Shown one piece after another: positions 11,601-24,050 of a stretch of 64,000 nt of DNA. The stretch is taken from the NCBI GenBank assembly GCA_964234715.1, contig OZ174279.1. The stretch is one strand, 5' to 3'. The translations under genes and the position numbers were made by a program. Origin of the DNA: Podarcis melisellensis. Lineage: Eukaryota. Within the stretch, counting starts at the first letter, position 1. Each line of letters opens with the position of its first letter. The notes under the pieces are model-generated. The model did no database searches. It saw nothing but the letters and a program-made list of their open reading frames with translations, and was not told where the DNA came from.

Positions 11601-14600
11601 TGTGCTGCTCTGGTTCGCCAAAAGTGGCTTAGTCATGCTGGCCACATGACGCAGAAGCTGTACGCCGGCTCCCTCAGCCAATAAAGCAAGATGAGCGCCG
11701 TAACCCCAGAGTCGGCCACGACTGGACCTAATGGTCAGGGGTCCCTTTACCTTTACTTACATTAGATCCAGGTGTGAAATAATTGACTCTTTTCTGTGTT
11801 TGAGATTCTGCGTAATGTCAAATGTATTATTTTGGACCACGCCATGTTGCGTTTGATTTAGTTTTCCAGCTGTGAACTATACCAAGCAGAAATGTAGGCA
11901 TGACCCTAAATATGATAATGGTGCTACTACGATAGTGCATGCTGAAATGGTAGCTACCCTAAAAGCAGAGAGAATCTATTGATAAAATCCAGGGAAAGCA
12001 AAAGAAGTAGGTTTTCAGGGGGTAGAAGGATGCAGGCGCACTAGTGTAAGTCTGCCTAAGAATTTATATGAAGATAGCACAGACTTAATTCAAATTTTAG
12101 CCATCTATGAAGTTTCTTAGCAGAATTATCACAGGCCGTCATAATTGAAATCAGAGGAGGATTCATGTTGTGTTCTGTTTTAGGGCTGTGGAACAGCAGC
12201 AAAATCGCTTTATTCCTCCGGATATGCTTGCTACTGTTGAAAATGAGACCCAGCATCTGAAGCCCTCGCACCTGGAGTATTTCCATCTCTGGTATCTGAT
12301 GCTAACCTTGGAGTCACAATATAAAGATGGAAAGAAGGGCTGCAGAAACATATGGATGATACCTGCTGCAGAAAGGTATTGGTGATTTTGTAGGGTCACT
12401 TTCAACCTAGCTACCGAAACTGTTGACATCGAGTTTTTCAGAGTAATGGCAGCTAGAAATGTAGATGAAACTTCTTTCAGTTTCCTTAAAGCAAAGAGTT
12501 ATATGGGCTAGCAACTGTGTACCGTGAGCTTTCCCAAACTTCATTTGTTCTTGATTTTTGTAGGGAGAAACACGGAGACTGCATTGGAAACATGATCAGG
12601 GTGGAGTGCGTGCAGAAGGTGTCCGATGGGCTGTATTTACACTGTTTCCAGCGTAAAAAGGGTTCTGCGCCTGCAACAACTCTGATGATAGGAGACAGGG
12701 TTGTTGTGAGTGGTGAAGCGGACAGCACTTTGCTTGGCTTGGCAATTGGTTATGTGCAACAGGTCAACGGCTCCAAAATCTCTTGCTTATTGGATAGGTA
12801 ACATAGTGCTTTACTTGTCAGGAGAGTTCATGTAATAACATGTAATAACATGTTGTTCTTGTGTCGAACATGTATTATACAAATGCATGCAGTTAGAGTG
12901 GCCTTTGTCTCCCTGCTGCAGGTACTTGCAACTGGGAAATGACCATTGCCTCCCTATCCAACCTGGTGCCCTCAGCATGTTTTGAATTACAGCTGCCATT
13001 AGCTCTAGACAGCATGGTCAGGGGTGACGGGAGGTACCAGTTTGGGAAGCATCTGGCGGATACCAGTTTGGGAAAGACTTCTCAGTATATTTTCTAATAC
13101 TCAGGGTCTTAGAATCTGAGTGATAACTTTTTTCCTGCCTTCCAGGAACTTGTCACGTATCCCGAAAGACACTATATTTAGGTTAGACCATGAAGAAGGA
13201 GCTTTTGGCACAGATGCTCCATTGGGAAACCTTTCTAAATTGATGGGAAATTCTCCTGCAAGGTCTGTTCAAATTTATCTTCCTTCCATACCTAACATTT
13301 CTAGAAATGTGTTTTCAATTTTTGTTTATTCCTTTCCCTCTCAATCCTTCCTTTTAGTGAAAGGCTTCGTAATTTAATAATAGACTTTCAGAAACCACAG
13401 TTCATCCAACATTTGAGCTCTGTCCTTCCTCCAGAAGCAAAGGAAACTGTTGCGAACATTCTAAAAGGTACAATAGATGCATTTTTTTTATTTTAAAAAA
13501 CCCTATTAAGGTCTGGTTATATTAGAAAATTGGATTTCCTGCCTAGAGATTCAGTGGAAAACCTTGTGACTGAAAATTTAAGGCACTGGATGCCATGCGT
13601 TTTCAAATCAGCTCACTGAAAGATAAAATAATGCTCATTTGCTGAAGCTCTATAAATACTTACTTTGCTGGAGTAAGAATGAAATACTGTTCCTGCAGTT
13701 TTGTAGCCTGGCAAATCCCAAAGCCTGGGCATGTAAAAACAGGTGACGACTCTCAATAAGATTGGTACTTTTATCTGTATAATTCATATTCCTCCCTTTT
13801 GTCACAGGGCCCCAGGGCTAATTATATAAAATACGTAAACCAATCAAAAGTTAAAAACACTATACACAATTCATTAAAAACTCACTCTGGTCTATTATTT
13901 AGAGAGTCTGTGGCTGAGCTGGAATATGAACCCAAACCCAAGCTTGGTTCTCCTCTCAGTGAATGTCATGCAGGTGTGTGTGATTTCTCTTCCTAAAGAG
14001 TACTGTATGTCAGGGAAGGCAGCTTCCCATGTGGTTAGAGGAGGATTGTTGAATTCATTCAGAGACTGAAGCTTTCTAAGCTGAAGAAGCATTCTGAATT
14101 TTACCTCAAAGCAAACAAAGAACCAATGCATGCTTAACAGCTCTTCGTGGTGGCATGCCTTATCCCAAACTTAATGGAAGTTTTCTGTTGACTTTTCAAG
14201 ATGTGCTCTGCTGCAGTAATGTTCACATTCAAAAATTTGCAAACTAATCAACAAAAGATAATTTTGCTGTTGAGACTTTTTGCTAGTCGTTTGTGGCATA
14301 TGGATTGCCTTAAAGAAGAAATGAAGTTATTTTGTTTCCATAGGTTTCCTTGCCTGGTTGCCTGGAGGCAATTTTTAGCTGAAACTGAGTTGCTGCTTAG
14401 AAACCCAGGTTTAAAATGTGGGGTCAACGAATTTTGAAGCCAATACCAAATTTGTAGCAGGCTTGTTCTCCAGAGTATTAATTGATGTAGCAGGAAGTTA
14501 TGGGGCTTCCAAGCAAAGCATGAATGAGATGACCTACCTTACACTTCTTAATCAGGTTATAATCCTATGCGCATTTACCTGGAGCAACCCTTACTGAACT

Positions 14601-17083
14601 TAGTGGAACTAGCTGGGTAAAGGTGCATAGGATTGAACTGTGTATTCTGCCCCCATACATGAAAATATAGCTAATCTTTTGATATTGTAAAATAGTTACC
14701 TCAGTAGTCCCCCAGGTCCAGGTAATTATGTTTAAAATGAAGGCAGAGAACTTAACTGTATTCACTTATTTCCCCCCCATAAATCAAAGGCCTTAATAAA
14801 CCCCAGAAACAAGCAATGAAACAAGTGCTTCTTTCAAAGGATTACACACTCATTGTCGGGATGCCTGGGACAGGAAAGACCACCACAATATGTGCTCTGG
14901 TAAGATTCCGGAAAGAGGGAACATTTGAAAAAACGGTGTTAATGAATTTTGTGCATGCAGATCATAGGACTGTAATGATTGAAACACCCAAAATGTGATG
15001 TGTAAGAAGTTTCATTAAAAAACAAACTCTGCTCAGGCAGTTATATGCTTAATGTAGATATTATATATGGCGTGTTAGGAAAATGTGCTCTCTGAAGAGC
15101 GAATGTTTCAAAACCACAAATCTGCACTTAGGATTTCCACTGGTGTAAATCAAGTACTTAACTACTAGTCTATTAATACGGGAGGGTGTGTCAAATGACA
15201 CCCCCCATGTGTCTTAAGAAGTGTGTCAGGGCAGCTAGATGGGCTTTGGTGTACCCAGCACTCGTATATACCCCTCGCCAGCTGTGTTTGGCATGCATAG
15301 GAAGGGGCTTTGTGCATGTTTACATTTGGACATAGAGCTCTACCACACATTATTGGAAAAATCCTGATTGGGCCAGGATCCCGCTTCATACGGAATATCT
15401 CTGCACAAACATTGATATACGTGAATCCCCTTCCTATGTGTGTTGAATGCATGGGCATGGGTGATTGTGCCTCCCCCACACTTTGATCAATGTCCATAGT
15501 CTCAATACCAGCAGCCATCGCCCCACAGCTTCCCTAATGCCTTTCTTAAATGTAGGTGGTGGTGATCTGAAATACGTGGAATTTCCTCCTACATTGACAG
15601 CTGGACTTTAGAATTTGAGGGGTGTGTGTCTGTGACTTGTACGAAAATGCAAATTAATGCACCCCTCCTTTGTCTCCTTTCCCACATTTAGGTCCGAATT
15701 CTTTATGCTTGTGGCTTCAGTGTTCTCTTAACTAGCTTTACTCACACTGCAGTTGACAATATCCTTCTGAAGCTGGCAAAGTTCAAAGTAGGCTTTCTGC
15801 GACTGGGCAGAGTTCAGAAGGTTCATCCGGCCATTCAGAAGTTCACAGAGGAAGAGATCTGCAGATCCAAATGCATTAAGACTGTAGCTGACTTAGAGGA
15901 GCTGTATCGTAGTCAAGTAAGGAAAATGACTTTCAGGGTTTTAGAATCTCTGAGATGTATTTCAAAAAGGACTACCTGGAAAATGAACATCTAGCTGGAG
16001 GTGTCTGCCTGTTTGTAGTGCATTTAGTGCTTTATTTTCGCGGCACTTAACGCTTTGGTTATGATGCCTCCCCAGATTTGCATCGAGGTACAAATAAAAT
16101 GTTTGTCCATACCAATTTTACTTACATTGAAAAAGGTAAATATATTCAAGCTGTGTTGCATCTTTTGAATTTTGTATTTAATATGCAAATATTCATAAAA
16201 TAGGCTTTGTAACTGAGAGACTCATACCACTAGAGGGGGCTGGTTGTGTTGTACAAAGGCAAAATACACTTTCAGCCTTGGATTGTTCTTTATGGAATAG
16301 TGTTTCCCAGTGAAGATGTTGGCCTTCCCTGTGAGAGACTTTCTTCAATCTGAAAAGCAAATTTCAGCCATCAGGTTTCATCATAAATAATTAACAGACA
16401 CATTATCCCCACATTTGCAAACCGCTGTTTTGACTTATTATTTAAATCACAATAAGGACGTGGCAGTGATGCACAGGTGCTCAGCAAGACTTGACCTTTC
16501 TGAGTTGCTTGTGATCAACTTGCCCTCCCACCCCTAATTTTACTCCTCAAAGGTCTATACCATGATCAGCCACCCCAAACGCTCAGGTTAAACAACCATA
16601 AAAGCAAGAACTGCTTTTTAACAGTGCATGTATAGAGTGTGTTTAATGAGTCAGTAGTGTTGCATTGTTTAGGCATAACTGTTCTAAGCTGAAAACATCT
16701 GTACATTTTTTTCATGCAAAAGTTACAGTTAGAAAACACAAGGTTTATAATGACGTATTGAAAAGTTGAAGGGGTGGACGCGGATGGGGGTGGACATTCT
16801 CTGGCAGCCCCAACGTGGTCGAACTCCCCATAAAGTTGTGTCTGGCATTTTCATTATACATTTTCATTTTGGCAAATGCTGAAGACATGCCTCTCCACCC
16901 TGTCTTTAGACACTTGAAGTGCATTTTTTAGGGTTTACCTTACTTTGTGACTGCAAATTATTTTAAACTGCTTTTAACATTTAAAATCACAGCGTTGGAA
17001 GGGACCACAAGGATCGCCTAGTCCACCCCTCTGCAATACAATCTTTTGTTGTAACTGGCCATGAGACCTTAGGGTGAGGGGCA

Positions 17084-17132
<49 letters not shown>

Positions 17133-20100
17133 GTTTTTACTCTCTTTCTAGCCTGTAGTTGCCACAACATGCATGGGAATAAAGCATCCAATTTTTACTC
17201 GTAAACAATTTGACTTCTGCATAGTGGATGAGGCTTCTCAAATAAGCCAGCCGATCTGCCTGGGTCCACTATTCTATTCACTTCGGTTTGTGCTAGTGGG
17301 GGACCATCAGCAGCTACCTCCACTTGTGCAAAATGCAGAAGCAAGGTAAGAGGACATCGTGCTGACAAAATAAGTCCTGTAATATGATCAACAAAGCTTT
17401 GTGTTAGCCACGGACTGACTTTTTTTTTTTAAACAGAGATCTTGGCATGGGTGAAAGTTTATTCAAAAGACTGGAACAAAACAAGAATGCCATTGTTCAG
17501 CTGACCGTACAGTACCGAATGAACAGGTAGGTAGTTTTATGTAGCTATTGTCTAGTCGCCACATATTGTAAGTGTTCAAGTTTGACATTGCTTTGTTTTT
17601 TGAAACCTTTTAGTAAAATTATGTCACTGAGCAACAACCTGGTATACAATGGCAAACTGGAATGCGGCTCTGAGAAGGTGTCCAAAGCCATAGTTGACTT
17701 GCCAAATTTAAAAGACTTGAAATTGGACCAGAAGTTTTCTTCAGAAACATGGCTAAAGGAAACACTTGATCCAAATAACCCTGTTTGTTTCCTTAACACA
17801 GAAAAGGTAAATTTTACTTGTTTGCCCTAATAAACAGTTATTTCTATGTTCACCCTATTCATTAGGAAATTGAAGGTGAAATTGTGGTAGTCCCCTGCTT
17901 ATGGAATGCTTTGCCCAGGGAGTTTTTTCTTTGTAATCTTTCCAGGGCCAGGCAAAGACATATTTATTCTGCCTGTATTTGGACAACACTAGAAGTTCTG
18001 GCTTTAATGACTATTTTCTAGTATTAGTTCTTCTGCTGGATGTTTTTGTTTCTAAACCCTCGTAGTAAATCAGTATTGTTTTAATGAATATTTGTTCTAT
18101 ACATTGTATGTGTGTGTATTTTTTTTTTTTTTGGTAAGTTGCTTCAAGTCTTCTTTTGGTTGTGTGACATGATGAGTAAATTTGATGAATTAGTATACTA
18201 ACTAACTTCCAGTATGGCTCCTTCCTCTTAATTGTGTGGGCTTTGTCCCCTTTAGCATAACCAAATCACCTACATGGAGATTTTTTAATATAAGGAAATC
18301 CAGTACATCTTTTTTAAAAGCTAGCAAGCAAAATTGAACTTGCATTTTTACAGATTAAAATGTGTAGGATTTTTCCTTGGTATAGGTTCCAGCGCCAGAA
18401 CTTACAGAAAAAGGTGGAGTAAGTAACATGACGGAAGCCAGACTGGTTCTCTTCCTGACATCCATGTTTATCAAGGTATCTGAAGGATTTTTGAAATGGT
18501 GTGGTCAGTTCTGAAAACTGACATGCTTTGGCCATTAAATTCCTGATTCTGTATATATACTGAGTCAATGTTCAGAGATATGCTTATTTGAGTAAACTGC
18601 ATCTATGGCATCCACTAGGGACACATTATTTAAAAAGCTAAAATAATGGTTCTCCAGTATTTCTTTCCTCTTCACTATATAGCACCTAGCTGTTGGAGCG
18701 CATTATAAGCAATTACAATCTGCATTAAAAAAAACCAAACCAAAACTCCACACTATTTATATGGGCACTTGTTGACCTGGTTTCCACCTAACTTTAAACC
18801 ATAGTTTAAAGGAACCAGTTTCAATTCATTTTTGTATCTTTATATTTAATTTTGCATTTTTGTTTCTTATTTGTTCGACTTCAAGTTAATGCCTAATTAT
18901 TTTGTGTTTATTATACTCCATTTTCCATGAATGTTTCTTGATAGCATATACCCCAAAATAACTCTTTTGCTAGATTTAATCATTGAATGTCTGGGATTTA
19001 TTTTTTAGGCTGGTTGCAAGCCCTCAGATATTGGGGTCATATCTCCATACAGACATCAGTTAAAGATAATCACAGACTTGATGACAAGTTCATTTATCAA
19101 GAATGTAGAAGTAAATACTGTGGACAAGTACCAAGGAAGAGACAAAAGTATCATCATAGTGTCCTTTGTAAGGAATAACGCCGATGGAAATGTGAGTAGG
19201 CTGTATTTTATAATCCCTGAGCAGATCATAATCTGGAAAGTTAAGATTTGTCCATCTGAAAATGGCTACTTATTTAGTTGTGCTTGGAAAACACAGAAGT
19301 AAGTGGTAAGAAAAAACTGACCGTACAAATTTATTCCAAAATGATAAGACGGGCAAATATTTTAGCTAAATAATTTCACAGTTTCATGGGTCCATTAGGA
19401 AATTTGGAGTTTTGTCCTTTCTCTTTACAAAAGAAATCTAGTCCACATCCCCTTGTGAGTGTGCACAACCCCTGTTACGGATGATATCCTTTGCTGATGG
19501 GGAGAATGCAGAATTGTATCTAGCAGCTGCACATGCTTGTCAGCCACACTTTCAGCCAAGAAGTGAAGCAACCCTATGTACATACAGTGTCTCCAGGTGA
19601 GGGGAGGAATTCTGATTGGCCCAAGGTCCTCCTGTTGCAGGGAGGTACTCTGTGCCCATAGTTCTTCACACACTGGTGGAATGCATGGTTGGCGAGAGAC
19701 ATGGCTGTAAGGCAAGACCCAGCTCCATTTCGCAGTGCATGAAAAATGTTTTGATGGATACCCCAAAGAACAGAAATACACTGCTTTTCTTTTTGTTGGT
19801 GGATTGTGCAATGAAGAAAGCAGATTGCTACCTTCTTCTGATGGTGTTCTGTTCTGCTTAGTTTTATATTTGAAATATAAAACCTGGCAAGCTCAGTCAG
19901 CTGCAAAATCTTAAGGCTAGGTCAACTGCTCTTTTCTTCTGATAGCTTGGAGAACTTCTGAAGGACTGGAGACGTCTCAATGTTGCTATTACAAGAGCAA
20001 AACACAAATTAATCATGCTGGGTTGTGTGCCATCCCTGTGTCACTATCCTCCTCTGAAGAAGTTGCTTTGTCATTTGGATACTGAAGCAATGATATCCTT

Positions 20101-20613
20101 TTTTTGGTAGTGCATCTCTTTATTTGTTTATTTAATTGATTTTACCATTGCAAATAAATCTCAAAATGTCTTACAAAGATAGAAATAAATACATTTAAAG
20201 CATTTCAGTTAAAATAATATTACAGATATCACCAATAGTATAGAGCAGAAGGATTAGTGTCACTTGTCAGGGAAAGACCATGGAAATAGATGAATTTTTA
20301 GTGTTGGAAGCACACAACAATTGATGCCTCTTGAATGGCAGAAGGGAGGACACTTGTCCAGAGACATCACTACAGAGAAGGCCCACTTTCGTGTTGCCGT
20401 CAAATGGCATTTTGCAATTTGTGGCACCTTCAGCAAGACCTCCTCTGAAGATCTCTGGGTTATACAGATAAAAGATTTATTCAAGGGCAGCATTAAAATT
20501 GATTGTACTTTTTTCTCTCACACGTTACCAAATATATTTCCCTTAACGTTACTTACATTTTCAGTCTTCCATTAGGGGCATGTGAAAGTGTGTATCGTTG
20601 TAACCTTCTGTGA
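2616..20613 (+). CDS. DNA2: DNA replication ATP-dependent helicase/nuclease DNA2 (21 exons expected; end of exon 1 and all of exon 2 lost in the N-gap)
   Basis: Exons: 2616-(gap at 2698), 5142-5325, 6295-6437, 6898-7029, 8004-8220, 9497-9614, 11158-11323, 12184-12375, 12564-12797, 13146-13262, 13358-13467, 14790-14899, 15692-15916, 17152-17345, 17437-17526, 17614-17806, 18386-18475, 19009-19191, 19946-20092, 20557-20613 (TGA). Phases are consistent and the frame is open. Motifs: nuclease GLKGKIDV and PLELKSG, Fe-S cysteines (IRCMR; [10 protein letters not shown]), Walker [48 protein letters not shown]. Confidence 0.97.
2698..2897. other. Assembly gap (200 N)
   Basis: Run of N that interrupts DNA2 exon 1. 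Confidence 0.99.
3387..4387. mobile_element. Non-autonomous Tc1/mariner-pogo (Tigger-like) DNA transposon carrying an internal minisatellite
   Basis: Terminal inverted repeats CAGTGGTGCCTCGCAAGACGA / TCGTCTTGCGGGGCACCACTG, subterminal TCGTCTTGCG repeats, CpG-rich interior. Flanked by TC on both sides. Confidence 0.9.
3633..3997. repeat. 60-bp GC-rich minisatellite, about 6 units, each containing a hairpin
   Basis: Exact 60-nt period seen at 3661, 3721, 3781, 3841, 3901 and 3961. Each unit has CCGGC...GCCGG arms and a GGCGGGGGGAGG run. Confidence 0.95.
8440..9000 (+). mobile_element. Decayed L2/CR1-clade LINE reverse-transcriptase fragment
   Basis: Remnants of YADDTQL (GCTGATGATACTGAACTC near 8485), an N-KLK..N.TE-like segment near 8580-8610 and a YC..LxxGL-like segment near 8825-8855; many stops and indels. 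Confidence 0.45.
10039..10483. mobile_element. Tc1/mariner (Tc2-like) MITE
   Basis: TIRs CCGTATTTTTCGCCGTATAGGACGCAC / GTGCGTCCTATAGGGCGAAAAATACGG; TA duplication at 10037-10038 and 10484-10485; GC-rich interior. Confidence 0.9.
11428..11756 (+). mobile_element. Sauria SINE (internally deleted copy)
   Basis: GGCGCTGTGGGTTAAAC A-box region, GGTTCGAATCC B-box, core CCAACCTAGCAGTTCGA and an (ACCTTT)n tail. Confidence 0.9.
16985..17048 (-). mobile_element. CR1-tail SINE 3' fragment
   Basis: GTTGGAAGGGACCACAAGGATCGCCTAGTCCACCCCTCTGCAAT is the reverse complement of the tail at 1140-1214. Confidence 0.6.
17086..17132. repeat. (AAT)n microsatellite, about 15 units
   Basis: Pure TAA/AAT run ending about 19 nt before the acceptor of DNA2 exon 15. 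Confidence 0.95.
20093..20556 (+). other. U12-type (minor spliceosome) AT-AC intron, last intron of DNA2
   Basis: Donor ATATCCTTT at 20093-20101, branch site TTCCCTTAAC at 20538-20547 and acceptor AC at 20555-20556. Splicing joins ...DTEAM to [18 protein letters not shown] in frame. Confidence 0.93.
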
Positions 20614-22230
20614 CAAGGGGGCATCAAGGTGAAAATCCTCATTCATGTGCTGCTGAAAGAATCCATTGCATTATAAGCTTGGGAGTTCCATATTGTCAAA
20701 TAGATTTAATTCTACTGTCTTTTCTACATGTTAATGTCTCGACATAGTTCTTAAAATGTTAGCCATTTTAAAAATTAAACTTTGCACACACATCTCCAGG
20801 CATGTTCAGGCATTTGTTTGAATCGATCTGCAAACCCAACCCCACCCAGTATCCTGGTTCATGTTGCCATGTTGATTTAGTCCCTTTCCTGTGCTCAGCA
20901 GGGGAGTTCAACAAAGATCTTGGATTTTCTTGAACAGGAGTAGAATTTTCTGCACACCCACAGATCTTAATAAAGACCTTTTAATCACTCAAGGTGTTCT
21001 ACTTGCTTTTAATGAAAAGCAAGTATAAGCCACTGCAGCCTCTCTCTTTTTTGCTCTGTACAGTGAAGGCTTGAGATTGACTGAGTGGGTAGGGTAATGT
21101 GCACTAGGATGTGGGGTTGGGGCTTGTGTGCATGCTTCTGTCCCCTGTCCACAGATACCATTTTTTGTGTTCTGGCAAAAAAATGCCCGAACATATGTCA
21201 TGAACATGTCTCATATCTTCAGGTTTTAAATTTGCTGCTTTTATTCAGTTCTGCTGAGCAGCTCAGATGTTTTTGCAGTCTTGAGCTTTGAAGAGTGTGT
21301 GTGTGTCAGAGGGAAGTTCAGAACATTATTTATTATGTTTATATCAATGCAACTTCAAAGTGGCTGGATTCAGCCCTCTGTATGTGATAAGGTATGAAAT
21401 CTTAGAGGCAGCTATTACAAATTGAGGGGAGTAGTGCCTTTCACCAGTAGTGTACTACTGCCTTTCCCTCGTAGCTCTCATCAGTTGACAGATTTAGAGC
21501 CATTAAAATATTGTGTGCATGTAGTCTTACAACTTGATCCTTTTTGTTAAAACATGGCTTGTGAATGCCAAATTCTAGAAAGATTTTCTTAAGAGACTGT
21601 TCTTAAGAAACATTATTTAAGCATAAAAGGCCTTGTTAACAAGCAGAGCTTAAAACTGTGGCCATCTTGCTTCACAACAATCTATGTTCTCTGTTTTCTT
21701 TATTATTTCCTCTGTACAGCAACAAAACCCTGGGATGTGAGATTACTAATCAGATTGCTTTCGTTTTTCATATTGATTTTTCCTCGTAACTTGAACTGTT
21801 GATATTATAAGTAACTCTGTTAAGTAGATTTTACTAAGAAACACCTTTTGAAACTGCTTGTTTGTAACATTGTAACTCAACTATTTGGGAGACAGAACTA
21901 CAGATGGATTCTGAATTTATCTTGCTGCTAATTAATTTAATGCAGTGTAGTTTCACTTTTCTATATTTTATAAATGTTTCATAAAAGTTACTTGAAATGA
22001 CAGCTAACTTAGGCCTGACTCTTTTTAATGTACAAGTTTGGAAAAAGGTTTGTACATATTATTGCATTGGAATTAACTCCTGTAGATTATAATTCTATTT
22101 AAAGACTGGAATTCATTTCTATATATAATATGTATAAATGTTTGTACCTGATATTTGTACCTAGTTCTTAAATTTTTACCTGTTTTGTGGTATATATAAT
22201 AAAATAAACTTGATTATACATTTGCATTAC
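20614..22230 (+). terminator. DNA2 3' UTR with proximal and distal polyadenylation signals
   Basis: AATAAA at 20969-20974 and tandem AATAAAATAAA at 22198-22208, the latter preceded by a UGUA/AU-rich tract. Confidence 0.6.
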
Positions 22231-23449
22231 AAATATTTTATCTAAACTTGCAATACTGTTTACCTGTAATGGCCATTCACTGCAACCAATACAAATCTGA
22301 CTAAGTCCTACTGAACTCCATTCTGAGCATACCTGCATAGGACTTCCCTGTAAATGAAGTCCTAAAACTTGCTTTCAAGAAGTTTCATCTGTGACTTGAC
22401 TAGGAGTGCAATTGCACCCCTGCCACCCAATGTTAATGGCTGGAGGTAGTTAGGATGTGGCATTGACAACCTGCCCCCCGCTGCGCACTGTAGTGGAGGT
22501 CCCTGCTGTACCAAGGCAAGCAGAAAGCTATTACTTGCTAAAATGGAGCAGTGTATTGGAGACTTAGAATTTGCTGAGTCCAAAGTGCCTCATGCCAGCC
22601 TGAAAGAAGTGTAGCAAAAAAAAGTGAGGGAAGCTCACCCACATTCCCCCCCCCCCAAGCTAGCAAGATGGAGTTGTGTAATCACTGCTCCGTCCCACCA
22701 CAATTTCCCCAGCTAATAATTTGTCAGGCTATCAACACAGATATCTTGTTTATAAATAGACCACTCATGGTAATCTGTAATGAGTAAAAAAATTGCTTCC
22801 AGACAGCTAAGATATGGTTACCAGACATCCCCGGATTTACAAATCAGTCCCCAGACAAAATCCATTGAAGTTGAACAGTCCCTGGATTCATTGAAAAAAA
22901 TCTGGTAACCTTAAACTAAGAAGGATAAAGAGTTAAAGAGTTTTTGTGTCATTTCCCAGGTTGCCGGTGGGAAAATTGGCTTCCACAAGCATGTATATAT
23001 GGGTTGATGGATGGGCTCATGACATTTTGGAATCAACTGATTTTAAAATGTGTATATAGAGTGTACTAGTATACCAACTCCAGTTTACAACGTGGTATCC
23101 AGGTTGGATTTGGTTTTCTATTTTAAAAATATTTTGGATTGACTTAAAACCAACATAGTGTAACTGTTTATTGAGCTTATTGGAGAACAATGAAATGGCA
23201 ATATCTATGTAAGTTGTGGTGGGGGGGGTAGTATTTTTTCTTTGTTGGTATGGTATGTATTTTTGGGTTTTTGTTGTAAACCGCCCTGTGGTTGTCGGAT
23301 GAAGGGCGGCATAGGATTTTGATAAATAATGTTTAAAAGAAATTAGAATAATTGAGGGGGGGAGGAGAAGTGCAGAACCCGTCTTTTCACCTCAAGGCAA
23401 AAGTGAACTCCACCCTGGCCTGGGAATTTGGGAGAGGCTAATCCATATG

Positions 23450-24050
23450 AAGCAAATTCGGAGAATTCGCCCTGTCACGACATCTGGCTCCGGCCCCTCG
23501 CAGCGACGCGCCTCCGTCCGGGTCCTCCCGCCGCCAGGGGCGCAGCGGGCGCGGTTCCGGCGGCGGAGGGCGGAGATGGAGGAGGCGGAGGAGGGCTGGA
23601 GAAAGGCCGTGAAAGGAGCAAAGGCTGGGTCCACCTCGCTGAGCTGCTCGGGCAGCTGCTGCTCCTCGCTGGCGATGGGTAAAGAGAAGGGGAGAAGCGG
23701 CGGCGTCTGGGCGTGAGGGGAGTCGGAGGAGCTTGGGCGGGGGGCGGCGGCGGCGAAGGGAAAGCGCTGACGGAGCGTTTCTTCTCTGGGGAGGGAGGCT
23801 GGGGGGGCTCGGCCGCCGTCTGTTATGGGGGAGGCGCTGCCTTCGCTTGTCCCCGCTGTGGGGCGGGTATCCGCGAGGGGCTGAAGCCGCCCCTCGAGCC
23901 GCGTCAGGCGAACAACAGGTCTGACACTCAAGTGTTTCCCTTGCACACGTCTCCGGGAAAAAAAAAGGATGCTGAAAAGTCCATTGGTCTGTAAGGCCGC
24001 CGCGAGAAAGTCTCTCGCGGTCGTCTGCCCGCCCCCCAATTTCATTCCGC
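23450..24050 (+). promoter_or_regulatory. RUFY2 CpG island (promoter and exon 1)
   Basis: Very high GC and CpG content with GC boxes; contains exon 1 ending ATGG|GTAAAG at 23678/23679. Confidence 0.85.
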
